Assembly (NCBI GenBank): GCA_023458535.1
Contig: JAEWYW010000062.1
Span: forward strand, 16,733 to 80,732
Source of the DNA: Bacteroidota bacterium
Lineage (GTDB): Bacteria; Bacteroidota; Bacteroidia; Flavobacteriales; Weeksellaceae
Direction: 5' to 3'
Length of the DNA stretch: 64,000 nucleotides
Part shown: piece after piece, positions 1 to 10,038 of the stretch
Numbering within the stretch: the first letter of the stretch is position 1
Layout of the letters: every line of letters starts with the position of its first letter
Position numbers and translations under genes: made by a program
The notes under the pieces: generated by a model
The model's database searches: none
Seen by the model: only the letters and a program-made list of their open reading frames with translations
What the model was told of the DNA's origin: nothing

Positions 1-112
1 AGAGAATGAAAATTGGGAGGAAAAAGCAAAAGAATTTATTCAAGGAATAAAAAATTAATTTTTCTTAAATTTGTGATACTTTAATTCCGAAATGTGCAGT
101 TTACAAATGCTT

Positions 113-233
113 GCAATAGGGATTGAAGCGGAAATCCTTTTTAAGTTGCGGCGGCGCAGCCGCCGCAACTTAAAAAGATTGTAGTGTAAAGCCCGACCCG
201 GGATGCTGGAAAAGCAAGGAGAGGGAATTGCCC
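113..233 (+). ncRNA. Structured repeat/RNA element, Flavo-1-like (copy A), in lipB leader
   Basis: GGGATTGAAGCGGAAATCCTTTT-[GC-rich hairpin]-AAAAGATTGTAGTGTAAAGCCCGACCC; aligns with the reverse complement of 26326-26463; TAAATTTG -7 box at 66-73 upstream. Confidence 0.55.
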
Positions 234-249
234 AAATTAATATCATCAC

Positions 250-975
250 ATGACGATCAATCAAAATAAAAAAATTGAATTTCGCGATCTTGGAGTAATG
301 GATTATTCAAGTGCTTTTGAATATCAGGAAAATCTGCTCAATCCAATTGCCCAGACCAAGATAAAAAACCGCAACAACGAAGCTGGAGAGCAGATAGAAA
401 CTCCTAATTATTTATTATTTGTGGAACACCCACACGTTTATACATTGGGAAAAAGCGGTCATGAGGAAAATATGCTAGCCAATTCGGAAAAATTGAAAGA
501 AATTGATGCGACATTCGTCAATACCAACAGAGGTGGTGACATCACTTATCACGGATTTGGTCAAATTGTAGGTTATCCGATATTGGATTTAGACAACTTT
601 AAACCAGATATTCGTTTGTACATGCGTAATCTGGAGGAGGTGATCATCCGAACTATCGCTGAGTACGGCCTAAAAGGTGAAAGGAGCGACGGTGAAACCG
701 GTGTATGGCTGGATGTTGGAAAACCGTATGCCCGAAAAATTTGCGCAATGGGCGTAAAAGTTTCCCGTTGGGTAACGATGCACGGTTTTGCCCTGAATGT
801 AAATACCGATATGCGCTATTTTGAATATATTGTCCCATGTGGAATTAAGGATAAGCAGGTGACTTCTTTACAAAGAGAGTTGGAACGAAAGTTGAGCGAG
901 CAGGAAGTAGAAGAAGTAAAGGTTAAAATTAAAAAGCATTTCGCAGAGGTTTTTGGGGCGAATGTTGAAGGATAA
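250..975 (+). CDS. lipB: Lipoyl(octanoyl) transferase
   Basis: EHPHVYTLG, RGGDITYHG.GQ, RKICAMG, HGFALNV, IVPCGI motifs. Confidence 0.97.
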   Translation: MTINQNKKIEFRDLGVMDYSSAFEYQENLLNPIAQTKIKNRNNEAGEQIETPNYLLFVEHPHVYTLGKSGHEENMLANSEKLKEIDATFVNTNRGGDITYHGFGQIVGYPILDLDNFKPDIRLYMRNLEEVIIRTIAEYGLKGERSDGETGVWLDVGKPYARKICAMGVKVSRWVTMHGFALNVNTDMRYFEYIVPCGIKDKQVTSLQRELERKLSEQEVEEVKVKIKKHFAEVFGANVEG

Positions 976-991
976 AATGTGTTAATAAAAG

Positions 992-1118
992 AGTTTCGGC
1001 GCAGCTTTGCTGCGCCGAAACTATTTTAGAAAGTGATAAATATTTCGGCGACGCCTTTGGCGTCGCCGAAACTGTTTCACAAAAAAACCGCGCGGAGCGA
1101 AGCTCCGCGCGGTTTTTT
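992..1118. repeat. Three tandem perfect GC-rich hairpins (REP-like); the third is a bidirectional terminator
   Basis: 992-1022 AGTTTCGGCGCAGC-TTT-GCTGCGCCGAAACT; 1043-1071 TTTCGGCGACGCC-TTT-GGCGTCGCCGAAA; 1082-1118 A6-CCGCGCGGAGC-GAA-GCTCCGCGCGG-T6, between convergent genes. Confidence 0.8.
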
Positions 1119-1131
1119 ATCGGTTTAAAAT

Positions 1132-2079
1132 TTATCTTGCTAAAACTTTTTTCACAGCTTTTTTTACCGCTTCAGCATCGATTTCATATTTTCTCATTAA
1201 TTCAGCTGGTGTTGCGGACTCTCCAAAAGTATCATTTACAGCCACAAATTCCTGTGGAGTAGGTCTCCTTCTTGAAAGCATTCCAGCTACAGACTCTCCT
1301 AAACCACCTAAATAGTTGTGCTCTTCAGCAGTTACCAATTTACGTGTTTTCTCGACAGATTTTAAAATAATTTCCTCATCCAGAGGTTTTATCGTGTGGA
1401 TATTAATCACCTCGCAAGAAATTCCTTCTTTTTCCAATTCATCAGCAGCTACTAAAGATTCCCAAACCAAATGTCCGGTAGCAACAATAGTTACATCTTT
1501 ACCTTCCTGTAGTAAAATTCCTTTTCCAATTTCGAAAGGCATATCTTCAGGTAAGAAAACTGGTACAGCAGGTCTTCCAAAACGCAGATATACAGGTCCT
1601 TCATAATCTGCAATTGCAATGGTAGCAGCTTTGGTTTGGTTATAATCACAAGGATTAATCACTACCATTCCTGGAAGCATCTTCATCATTCCAATATCCT
1701 CCAAAACCTGGTGCGTGGCGCCATCTTCGCCTAGAGTAAGTCCGGCATGGGAGGCACAAATTTTTACATTTTTCTCTGAATATGCAATTGATTGACGGAT
1801 TTGGTCATAAACTCTCGAAGTAGAGAAATTAGCAAAAGTTCCGGTAAAAGGAATCTTTCCTGTAATACTTAATCCTGCTGCAAGTCCCATCATATTGGCT
1901 TCAGCAATACCGACTTGAAAAAATCTTTCTGGTGCTTTTTCAATAAATTGCTCCATTTTTAAAGAACCAATTAAATCTGCACAAAGCGCAACAACATTGG
2001 GGTTTTTATCTGCTAATACAGCTAAACCAGCACCAAATCCGCTTCTAGTATCTTTTTTTTCTGTGTAAGTAAATTTCAT
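1132..2079 (-). CDS. Transketolase, C-terminal (pyrimidine-binding) subunit
   Basis: GIAEANM, GEDGATHQ, GPVYLRFGR motifs. Confidence 0.95.
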   Translation of the reverse strand: MKFTYTEKKDTRSGFGAGLAVLADKNPNVVALCADLIGSLKMEQFIEKAPERFFQVGIAEANMMGLAAGLSITGKIPFTGTFANFSTSRVYDQIRQSIAYSEKNVKICASHAGLTLGEDGATHQVLEDIGMMKMLPGMVVINPCDYNQTKAATIAIADYEGPVYLRFGRPAVPVFLPEDMPFEIGKGILLQEGKDVTIVATGHLVWESLVAADELEKEGISCEVINIHTIKPLDEEIILKSVEKTRKLVTAEEHNYLGGLGESVAGMLSRRRPTPQEFVAVNDTFGESATPAELMRKYEIDAEAVKKAVKKVLAR

Positions 2080-2158
2080 TTTTATATTTGAGCAAACAGC
2101 TTTTGGCCTATTGCTTTAATTTTTGAGTTAAAAAATAGTGTTTAAGACGAATAATGGT

Positions 2159-3010
2159 TTAGTAATCAGAAGCTTCATCCAAAGCCAACTGCTGTATCGC
2201 TTTTTCCAGTTGCTCGTCATTAGGAGCTTTTCCATGCCAAGCATGCGAGCCCATCATATAATCTACTCCTGCTCCCATTTCAGTATGAAGAATGATAGCT
2301 ACTGGTTTTCCTTTTCCTGTTTCTGTTTTTGCTCTTTCAAGTATACCAATTACTGCCTCCAAATCGTTTCCGTTTTTCTCCTCTAAAACAGTCCATCCAA
2401 AAGCTTCTAGTTTTGCATGAAGATTACCCAGACTTAAAACATCGTCGGTATCACCATCAATCTGACGACCATTGTAATCGATTGTTGAAATAATATTATC
2501 CACTTTATTGGCAGCAGCATACATTAAAGCTTCCCAAATTTGTCCTTCCTGCAATTCTCCATCACCATGAAGAGAGTATACTAGAGAAGTGTCTCCATCT
2601 AATTTTTTGCCCAAAGCAGCACCCAAAGCAACAGATAATCCTTGTCCGAGGGAACCAGATGCCACACGAATACCTGGTAAATGATCATGAGTTGTGGGAT
2701 GACCCTGTAATCTAGAATTAAGTTTTCTGAATGTGCTCAATTCTTCCACCGGAAAAAACCCAAATCTTGCTAAAGTTGAATAAATTACTGGCGAAATATG
2801 ACCGTTAGAAAGATAAAAATGATCTTCCCCTTTACCTTCCATGCTAAAAGGAAGTTTATAATTCATTACTTTGCCATACAGGGCTGTAAAGTACTCTGCA
2901 CATCCCAAACTACCGCCTGGGTGGCCAGAATTTACCGCGTGCACCATACGCAAAATATCTCTTCGGATTTGTGTCGCAAGAGTTTTTAACTCTTCAATAC
3001 TTTTACTCAT
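2159..3010 (-). CDS. Transketolase, N-terminal (TPP-binding) subunit
   Basis: SGHPGGSLG, LQGHP, GSLGQG, GDGELQEG motifs. Confidence 0.95.
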   Translation of the reverse strand: MSKSIEELKTLATQIRRDILRMVHAVNSGHPGGSLGCAEYFTALYGKVMNYKLPFSMEGKGEDHFYLSNGHISPVIYSTLARFGFFPVEELSTFRKLNSRLQGHPTTHDHLPGIRVASGSLGQGLSVALGAALGKKLDGDTSLVYSLHGDGELQEGQIWEALMYAAANKVDNIISTIDYNGRQIDGDTDDVLSLGNLHAKLEAFGWTVLEEKNGNDLEAVIGILERAKTETGKGKPVAIILHTEMGAGVDYMMGSHAWHGKAPNDEQLEKAIQQLALDEASDY

Positions 3011-3185
3011 TTTATTGGATTTATTTCGCTCGCGAATTTACGATTTTTTGACGGGTTTAAAAAATTGAAATTTACTTGATGTGAGACAATAATTTATCTA
3101 AAGATTTAATATAAACAACATGATTATTTCTAGATTGATAAAAAAAATCGACTGAATGTTCAATCGATTTTAATTTTTTAAGTAC

Positions 3186-4622
3186 TTACTTTTTTCTAAT
3201 CAACCATAGTCCTATAAAGGTTAGAAGGCCATTGATGATGAGTAATTCTAAACCTATTTGGAAATTTCCGAATATCTTTTCTTGATATTTATCTATGAAA
3301 AATGAGATAAGAGGAGCTGCAATACAGATGTAAGGAACCAACTGATCATTCACCTTATATTTTGTGAAAATTCCGAATGCAAATAGACCTAAAAGCGGTC
3401 CGTACGTAAATCCAGCTAACTTTAAGATTAAACCAATCATCGATTTATCGTCAATAATCTTGAAAATTACCACCATTACCAGAAATGAAGCTGCAACAAT
3501 TAAGTGGATATTTTTTCTAAATCTTTCTTTCTTTTTATCTTCCCAGTTTTTCTCTTTCAAACCAAAAATATCAATGCATAAAGAAGATGTTAAAGCCGTC
3601 ATTGCGCCATCAGCACTTGGGAACAATGCGGAAATTAATGCAATAATAAAAATGATGGAAATAAACCCAGGCATATGGTTGAGCGCAATATCTGGAAATA
3701 ATTGATCTCCTGAACTTGCCACATGCTCCTGTCCACCATACAAATGCAATAAACCACCCATGTAAAGGAACAATCCTATCACTCCCACCATGATAAAGCC
3801 CAGAGTTACCATGTTCTTCTGCGAATCTTTAAGGTTGGTTACTGAAAGAGATTTTTGCATCATCTCTTGGTCAATCCCCGTCATGGTAATGGTGATGAAC
3901 GCACCTGCTAATATTTGTTTAATGAAAAAACTTTTTTCGTTGGGATCTGTCCCAAACATTTTCGTGAAACCCTGTTCGTTCATTGCAGTTAAACTTTCAC
4001 CCACATTTAAATCTAAATGATTCAGCATGTACACCGTGCAAATCACCAGTCCTAAGAGCATACAACTGGTTTGAAGAGTGTCTGTCCAAACAATGGTTTT
4101 TACCCCACCTTCATAGGTATAAAGGATAATCATTCCTAGAATAACCAAAGTGGTAACAATAAATGGTACTCCCAAGCTTTCTAGAATACTCATCTGCAGA
4201 ATATTCACCACCAGATACAAACGAGCGGTGGCACCCACCAAACGAGAAACAATAAATATCCATGCACCAGATTTATAAGACATTTGTCCCATTCTTTGCT
4301 GCAAATAGCCGTAAATAGAAGTCAGTTTTAAGCGATAGTAGAGGGGGAGTAGGATATAAGCTATGACAATATAACCAATGAGATAACCCAACGTAATCTG
4401 CATGTAGGTGAAACCGTCTTTACCGACGGCGCCTGGTACACTCACAAAAGTAACCCCAGAGAGTGAGGTGCCAATCATTCCAAAGGCAACAAGCATCCAA
4501 TTGCTTTTCCTGTTTCCGATAAAGAAACTGTCGTTATCACTTCCTTTTCCTGTTCTGTAGGCTACCCAAAGAAGGAGACCGAAATATGCTATAATGATGA
4601 GCAGTAATACAATTGGCGACAT
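3186..4622 (-). CDS. Sodium:solute symporter family protein
   Basis: Many TM segments; SFFIGNR, SGVTFVSVPG, GGVKTIVWTD motifs. Confidence 0.92.
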   Translation of the reverse strand: MSPIVLLLIIIAYFGLLLWVAYRTGKGSDNDSFFIGNRKSNWMLVAFGMIGTSLSGVTFVSVPGAVGKDGFTYMQITLGYLIGYIVIAYILLPLYYRLKLTSIYGYLQQRMGQMSYKSGAWIFIVSRLVGATARLYLVVNILQMSILESLGVPFIVTTLVILGMIILYTYEGGVKTIVWTDTLQTSCMLLGLVICTVYMLNHLDLNVGESLTAMNEQGFTKMFGTDPNEKSFFIKQILAGAFITITMTGIDQEMMQKSLSVTNLKDSQKNMVTLGFIMVGVIGLFLYMGGLLHLYGGQEHVASSGDQLFPDIALNHMPGFISIIFIIALISALFPSADGAMTALTSSLCIDIFGLKEKNWEDKKKERFRKNIHLIVAASFLVMVVIFKIIDDKSMIGLILKLAGFTYGPLLGLFAFGIFTKYKVNDQLVPYICIAAPLISFFIDKYQEKIFGNFQIGLELLIINGLLTFIGLWLIRKK

Positions 4623-4734
4623 AGCTATTTTTAAATTTTCACAAATATAGTTTTTCTAATGTTGTAACAAAAGAAAACCCTTTCTGAGTTTTTATCTCAA
4701 AAAGGGTTTGTTGATACTATTTTTTTAAAAACTT

Positions 4735-5016
4735 TTAACTGAGGACATCCTGAATTTCAGGATTCTTTTTAAAAGTAGCATTGGCAAAAGGACAAAGTGG
4801 GATGATTTTATAGTTTTCTTTTCTTGCAAAATCTACAGCAGCAAAAACGAGATCTTTCCCAATTCCTTTACCGTTATATGCAGGCTCAACCTCCGTATGG
4901 TCGATAATCATTTTATTGTCAGCCATAGAGTAGGTCATTTCACCCGCTTTTCTTTCGTCCATGATGGCGAAAAATGCACCTTTGTGCCCATAGTCTTTTC
5001 TTTCAATTGTCAGCAT
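4735..5016 (-). CDS. Small GNAT N-acetyltransferase (YjdJ-like)
   Basis: IDHTEV...GKGIG...PLCPF. Confidence 0.9.
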   Translation of the reverse strand: MLTIERKDYGHKGAFFAIMDERKAGEMTYSMADNKMIIDHTEVEPAYNGKGIGKDLVFAAVDFARKENYKIIPLCPFANATFKKNPEIQDVLS

Positions 5017-5022
5017 ATGTAA

Positions 5023-5421
5023 TTATTTTAGTTGTGTATGTATTTCTGTGTTTCCAACAAGAATTTTATGAATGGGGCAGGCATCAGCTATTTTAAAAAG
5101 TCTAGCAATTTGCTCTTCGGAAAAATGAGCGCCTTCAAACTGAATATCTCTTGTTATTTTAGTTACCTTTTCTGCATTGGGGTCATCCATTTCCACTCTA
5201 ATATTTATTTTATCGGCAGTCCAGCCCTTTCTGTCAATATACATTTTTAAAGTAATAGCAGTGCAGCTTGCCAATGATGAGGCCAATAGTTCGGAAGGCT
5301 TCAAACCTTTATTTTGGCCGCCAATATCCAAAGGTTCGTCGGATATAATAGTATTTTCTCCCGCAGTAATTTCTGTATAATAATTTTCTTTGCCCAAAGA
5401 GGCTCTTATGGTTGCAGACAT
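5023..5421 (-). CDS. OsmC/YhfA family protein
   Basis: DEP..GG...P.ELL.SLASC...CPIH motifs. Confidence 0.92.
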   Translation of the reverse strand: MSATIRASLGKENYYTEITAGENTIISDEPLDIGGQNKGLKPSELLASSLASCTAITLKMYIDRKGWTADKINIRVEMDDPNAEKVTKITRDIQFEGAHFSEEQIARLFKIADACPIHKILVGNTEIHTQLK

Positions 5422-5425
5422 GTAT

Positions 5426-5647
5426 TTACTCTTGATTATTTTTTTCGTAGGTTAAAGCTCCAGAAGGACATTTGTCGATTTGCTCCATTAATTGTTCATC
5501 CGTGGCATTTTCTGGAGTTATCCATGGTTTTTCTTTTGGATGATACACATTGGGAAGATTTTTAACGCAGATTCCCGAGTGGATGCATTTTTCAGGTTTC
5601 CAAACTACAGTAATTTTTTTGTTAGGGTATTTGTGAACTTTTTCCAT
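5426..5647 (-). CDS. Divergent 4Fe-4S mono-cluster protein (YjdI-like)
   Basis: CIHSGIC...KPWI...CPSGAL. Confidence 0.9.
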   Translation of the reverse strand: MEKVHKYPNKKITVVWKPEKCIHSGICVKNLPNVYHPKEKPWITPENATDEQLMEQIDKCPSGALTYEKNNQE

Positions 5648-5652
5648 TCTTT

Positions 5653-6228
5653 TTATTTTTTGAGGTGTTTTTCAATTCTTAAATCAGGAACCAACCATAT
5701 AATCGCTACTAAATAATACAATCCTATACCTAAATAGGGATAATAAAATGAGGCAACAATACCCGCAACATAGCAGAATAATGAGAAAATTTCTTTTTTG
5801 TTCGATTGTATAGCTTCATTCAGTAAAGATGCTGTGCCTTCGCTTTTTATAGCGACATATTCCAAAATGGTATAGGCAATTGCGTTCATAATTAATACAA
5901 TGCCATAAACAGCTACGGGCGTACTCGCAAAGTTGGTTTCACCAATCCAATAGGTGGTAACTGGCGTTAAAGACAGCCAAAATAATAAATGAAGATTGGC
6001 CCAAAGAATTTTACCATTTACTTTTCCTATGGCCTGAAATAAATGATGATGGTTATTCCAATAAATTCCCACATATATAAAACTGAATATATACGAGAGA
6101 AATTTTGGAACAAGAGGTTTTAAACTTGCCCAAGAACTGCCTTCTGGCACCTTTAGTTCTAACACCATAATGGTAATGATGATGGCTAATACACCATCAC
6201 TAAACGCCTCTAAACGTCCTGTAGTCAT
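5653..6228 (-). CDS. TMEM175-family potassium channel
   Basis: RLEAFSDGVLAIIITIMVLE and YWNNHH signatures. Confidence 0.92.
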   Translation of the reverse strand: MTTGRLEAFSDGVLAIIITIMVLELKVPEGSSWASLKPLVPKFLSYIFSFIYVGIYWNNHHHLFQAIGKVNGKILWANLHLLFWLSLTPVTTYWIGETNFASTPVAVYGIVLIMNAIAYTILEYVAIKSEGTASLLNEAIQSNKKEIFSLFCYVAGIVASFYYPYLGIGLYYLVAIIWLVPDLRIEKHLKK

Positions 6229-6244
6229 TAGTTTTTTCTTGTAT

Positions 6245-7144
6245 TTATTTTCTATTTAATACTGCTTTCGGAAGCGGAACAAATTCTTCATCATCACCTG
6301 GCACCAAAGGAAAAGCATCGTGATTTTGATCATTCCAGTTTATTTTGGCCTGTTCTATTACCTCTTTATCTGAATTTACAAAATTCCAGAATATAAAACG
6401 CTCCTCCTCAAAAGGTTCACCTCCAAAAATATAAACTGTCGTATTTTCGTTCATCTCAAACTCACAAAGCGTGGCATTTTTAGCGATGAGCAATTGTTTA
6501 GATCCGTAATCATTTCCTTCAATATTTACGGTGCCGTCTAGAACATACATGGCAGCTTCACCGAAGAGTTCATTGCCTATGCTTATTTTGGTTTTTTCTT
6601 TCGTCTTTATTTCAATGAAAAATAACGGACTGTGAACAGGAACAGGGGACTTTCTTCCAAATGCTTCACCAGCAATGAGTTTATAATCCACGCCATTTTC
6701 CGTCCAAGTGGGGATGTCGTCTGCTTCGGTGTGATGAAATGATGGTTCGGTTTGTTCCAATTCCTTAGGAAGACCTACCCAAATTTGAAAACCATGCAAT
6801 GATTTATCTGTGGTTCGTAAATATTCTGGTGTTCTTTCTGAATGTACAACTCCTTTTCCCGCAGTCATCCAATTAACGGCGCCTGGTTTTATCTCGATTG
6901 CACTTCCCAAACTGTCTCGATGAAAAATAGAACCTTGAAAAAGATAGGTTAAAGTTGAAAGCCCAATATGCGGATGAGGAGGAACATCCAGATTCTGATA
7001 TTCTTTAAGCAAGGCAGGTCCCATATGATCGATAAAAACAAAAGGTCCCACAGCTCTTTTTTCTCTGAAAGGCAACAGTCTTCCCACTAAAAAGTTTCCA
7101 ATATCTGCTGCTTTTTCTTCTATAATTAATCCAATGTTTGACAT
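6245..7144 (-). CDS. Pirin family protein
   Basis: HPHIGL.TLTY, HRDSLG, WMTAGKGVVHSE. Confidence 0.95.
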   Translation of the reverse strand: MSNIGLIIEEKAADIGNFLVGRLLPFREKRAVGPFVFIDHMGPALLKEYQNLDVPPHPHIGLSTLTYLFQGSIFHRDSLGSAIEIKPGAVNWMTAGKGVVHSERTPEYLRTTDKSLHGFQIWVGLPKELEQTEPSFHHTEADDIPTWTENGVDYKLIAGEAFGRKSPVPVHSPLFFIEIKTKEKTKISIGNELFGEAAMYVLDGTVNIEGNDYGSKQLLIAKNATLCEFEMNENTTVYIFGGEPFEEERFIFWNFVNSDKEVIEQAKINWNDQNHDAFPLVPGDDEEFVPLPKAVLNRK

Positions 7145-7160
7145 TTTCTTTCAATTAAAT

Positions 7161-7478
7161 TTATAACTCATTAAATTTAGGAAATTTCTCACTTACAATA
7201 GATTTCCATTCAGGATGTTTTTTAATGTACCCAAAGACGTACGGACAATAAGGCAGTAATTTTTTTCCAGAGCTTTTAATGAAATTCAATGTTTTTTCCA
7301 CAACTGCTGCGGCAGCACCCGTACCTTCCAATCCAGGTTCAACTTCGGTATGTACTAAGGCGATGTTTTCAGAAGTTTCTTTATAGTCTATAAATGCAAA
7401 CAATCCATTTACTTCAATTTCGAAGCGTTCTTTTTCTTCGTTTTTTACCACAGGTATATTTTCAAATTCTGCTTTCAT
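7161..7478 (-). CDS. Small GNAT N-acetyltransferase (YjdJ-like)
   Basis: HTEV...G.G...PYCPYV. Confidence 0.88.
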   Translation of the reverse strand: MKAEFENIPVVKNEEKERFEIEVNGLFAFIDYKETSENIALVHTEVEPGLEGTGAAAAVVEKTLNFIKSSGKKLLPYCPYVFGYIKKHPEWKSIVSEKFPKFNEL

Positions 7479-7579
7479 AATTTTATTTTTTAATTGATTT
7501 TGTAATCTTTTTTACTTAAATACTTTCACAAAAATTGCCGCTTGTTATAGAGCAATTTTTGTGAAAATATTTTTAAATT

Positions 7580-8452
7580 TTAATCCTCTAAATAACCGAA
7601 TTTCCCTGTATTAAAATCTTCAAATGCCTGAATAATTTCTTCTCTGGTATTCATTACAAAAGGACCATGCGGGAAAATAGGCTCGTTAATAGGTTCGCCG
7701 CTGATGATTAAAACAATGGCATCTTCGGTGGCTTCAAGCGTGAATTCTTCGCCTTTATTTTCAAATAAAACAAAATGATCGGATGCGACATTTTCGCCAT
7801 TCACTTTTACATTTCCCTCAATCACCAATGCACCTGTATTAAAATTTTCTGGAAAGCTAAAATCTGCCTTTCCACCTGCTTTCAATTTAGCATTCATCAT
7901 ATTAACCGGGGTAAATGTAAATGCAGGCCCTTTATTTCCTTTGTAATCTCCCGCGATAACTTCTATAAAATTTCCATCGCCCATGTCCACTTTTGTCATT
8001 TCAGCATTGGTTATTCCCTGATATTTTGGTGGACTCATTTTATCTTTTGCTGGCAAATTTACCCACAATTGCACCATTTGGAAGATGCCGCCTTCTTTTG
8101 CCCATTCTTTTTCATGAAATTCTTTGTGTAAAACTCCTGACGCAGCCGTCATCCATTGCACATCTCCTTCCCCAATAATTCCTCCGCCACCAGAACTGTC
8201 GTGGTGTTCTACTTTACCTTGATAGGCGATGGTAACTGTTTCAAAACCTCTGTGTGGATGTACGCCCACACCCCGTGGGGTTTCCGTTCCGTTAAAATGA
8301 AATTTAGAATTGTAATCAAACATGATGAACGGATCCATTCTTTTCATATCCAAATGATAAGCACTCGGAATAAAATTGTGTACTCTAAAACCATCCCCTA
8401 CAAAGTGTGCAGGTTTTGGGGATACTACTATTTCTACATTTTTTTGTGACAT
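7580..8452 (-). CDS. Pirin family protein
   Basis: HPHRGFETVT, WMTAASGVLHKE, QLWVNLP, GPFVMNT. Confidence 0.95.
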   Translation of the reverse strand: MSQKNVEIVVSPKPAHFVGDGFRVHNFIPSAYHLDMKRMDPFIMFDYNSKFHFNGTETPRGVGVHPHRGFETVTIAYQGKVEHHDSSGGGGIIGEGDVQWMTAASGVLHKEFHEKEWAKEGGIFQMVQLWVNLPAKDKMSPPKYQGITNAEMTKVDMGDGNFIEVIAGDYKGNKGPAFTFTPVNMMNAKLKAGGKADFSFPENFNTGALVIEGNVKVNGENVASDHFVLFENKGEEFTLEATEDAIVLIISGEPINEPIFPHGPFVMNTREEIIQAFEDFNTGKFGYLED

Positions 8453-8549
8453 AATGTGTTGTATTTAAATTTATTACACAAAAATACTTACTATATAATC
8501 ATTATGCATTGATGTAAGATAAGTAGCACTTTGCAGTAAAGTGACACCT

Positions 8550-9956
8550 TTAATCCTGACTCTTCATATTGTTGCCATCTAGAATGTGCAGCCTTCTGAA
8601 GACCAAACTGGATAATATGGTGAGTGAACCTACCACTACAAAAGTATATCTAAAGGCCTGATGAACACCATTTTTTACAATTTCTGCATTGTTTTCGAAT
8701 AATTTTAATATAATCAAACCAAAAGCTACTCCAAAACCGATGGCCAACTGCTGATTGACGGAAACCAGAGAGTTGCCACTGCTGGTCTGGAAATTTCTCA
8801 GATCTGCAATGGAAATCGTATTCATTGAGGTAAATTGTATAGAATTAAAAAATCCCATCATTGCCAGTATAGGGACATACCAGAAAATGGATGAGTGAAT
8901 AGACGGTATCGCCAAGCAACAGATTAAAACTCCAATAATAAAAGTATTGGTCATTAAAACCCTTTTATAACCGAACCTGTTTAATATTTTAATGACAAAA
9001 GATTTACCAAACATCGCTGTAAGAGCCATCGGCGCAACAATCCAACCTGAAGTTACTGCCGTTTGCTGATAAGCCACCTGCACCATTAATGGAACCAATA
9101 AAGGAACGGCGCTTACCCCCAATCTTGTTGCCAGATTCCCTAAAATTCCCACCCGGAAAGTTCGAACCTGAAATAGATTTAATGGGAAAATAGGGTGGTC
9201 GTCTTTTTTTGCATGTTTGTAATAGAAGTAAAGCAATAGAAATCCCGAGGTAAAAGCCAGTAAAACGGGTGTTACATTGGTAGAATTTCCGAAAAGTTCC
9301 AACGCAATTGATAGCAATAATGAAGCTCCTGCAAAAATGAGAAAACCTTTCAGATCAAAATCTAGCACTTTTGATGTGTAGTTGGGCATAAACTTTAAGC
9401 CCAGGATGATCCCAATGATTCCCATTGGAATATTGATCAGGAAAATCCAGTGCCACGAAAAATAATCTACCATATAACCACCTACTAACGGACCTAAAAC
9501 AGGACCAATAAGTGCAGGAACAATAGCATAATTCATCGCTTTAACCAATTCGTTTTTATCAAATGTTTTAATTAGCGCAAGTTTCCCCACTGGTGTCATC
9601 AAACTCCCTCCAACACCTTGTACCACACGAGAAATCACCAAATGGGTTAAACTTTGTGACAGCGAACAGAGTAGGGAGCCTAAACTGAACAATATCAAAG
9701 AAAATATAAACACTTTTCGTGTTCCGAATTTATCCGCTAAAAAACCACTCACTGGCATGAAGACAGCAAGTGTTAATACATAACTGATGATGGCATTTTG
9801 CATATCCAAAGGAGATTCGTTCAAATCTTTTGCAATGGAAGGCAGGGAAGTGTTCAGAATGGTAGAATCCAGCATCTGCATAAAAATGGCAGTAGCAAGA
9901 ATCAGCGGTAAGGTTTTTTTTATGGAAGCGTTGTTGGGTTGGGTTTCTGCAGACAT
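8550..9956 (-). CDS. MFS drug:H+ antiporter (DHA2, 14 TM)
   Basis: MQMLDSTILN, G.LADKFGTR, W.WIFLINIP motifs. Confidence 0.92.
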   Translation of the reverse strand: MSAETQPNNASIKKTLPLILATAIFMQMLDSTILNTSLPSIAKDLNESPLDMQNAIISYVLTLAVFMPVSGFLADKFGTRKVFIFSLILFSLGSLLCSLSQSLTHLVISRVVQGVGGSLMTPVGKLALIKTFDKNELVKAMNYAIVPALIGPVLGPLVGGYMVDYFSWHWIFLINIPMGIIGIILGLKFMPNYTSKVLDFDLKGFLIFAGASLLLSIALELFGNSTNVTPVLLAFTSGFLLLYFYYKHAKKDDHPIFPLNLFQVRTFRVGILGNLATRLGVSAVPLLVPLMVQVAYQQTAVTSGWIVAPMALTAMFGKSFVIKILNRFGYKRVLMTNTFIIGVLICCLAIPSIHSSIFWYVPILAMMGFFNSIQFTSMNTISIADLRNFQTSSGNSLVSVNQQLAIGFGVAFGLIILKLFENNAEIVKNGVHQAFRYTFVVVGSLTILSSLVFRRLHILDGNNMKSQD

Positions 9957-10038
9957 TTAATATACAATTACAACATCGTTAACTAATATTCAATATGAAG
10001 ATAAAAAAAATCTTGCGAATTGTCGCAAGATTTTAATA

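Noticed and set aside
55..264. 69-aa minus-strand ORF
   Set aside because: Arises from the GC-rich structured element
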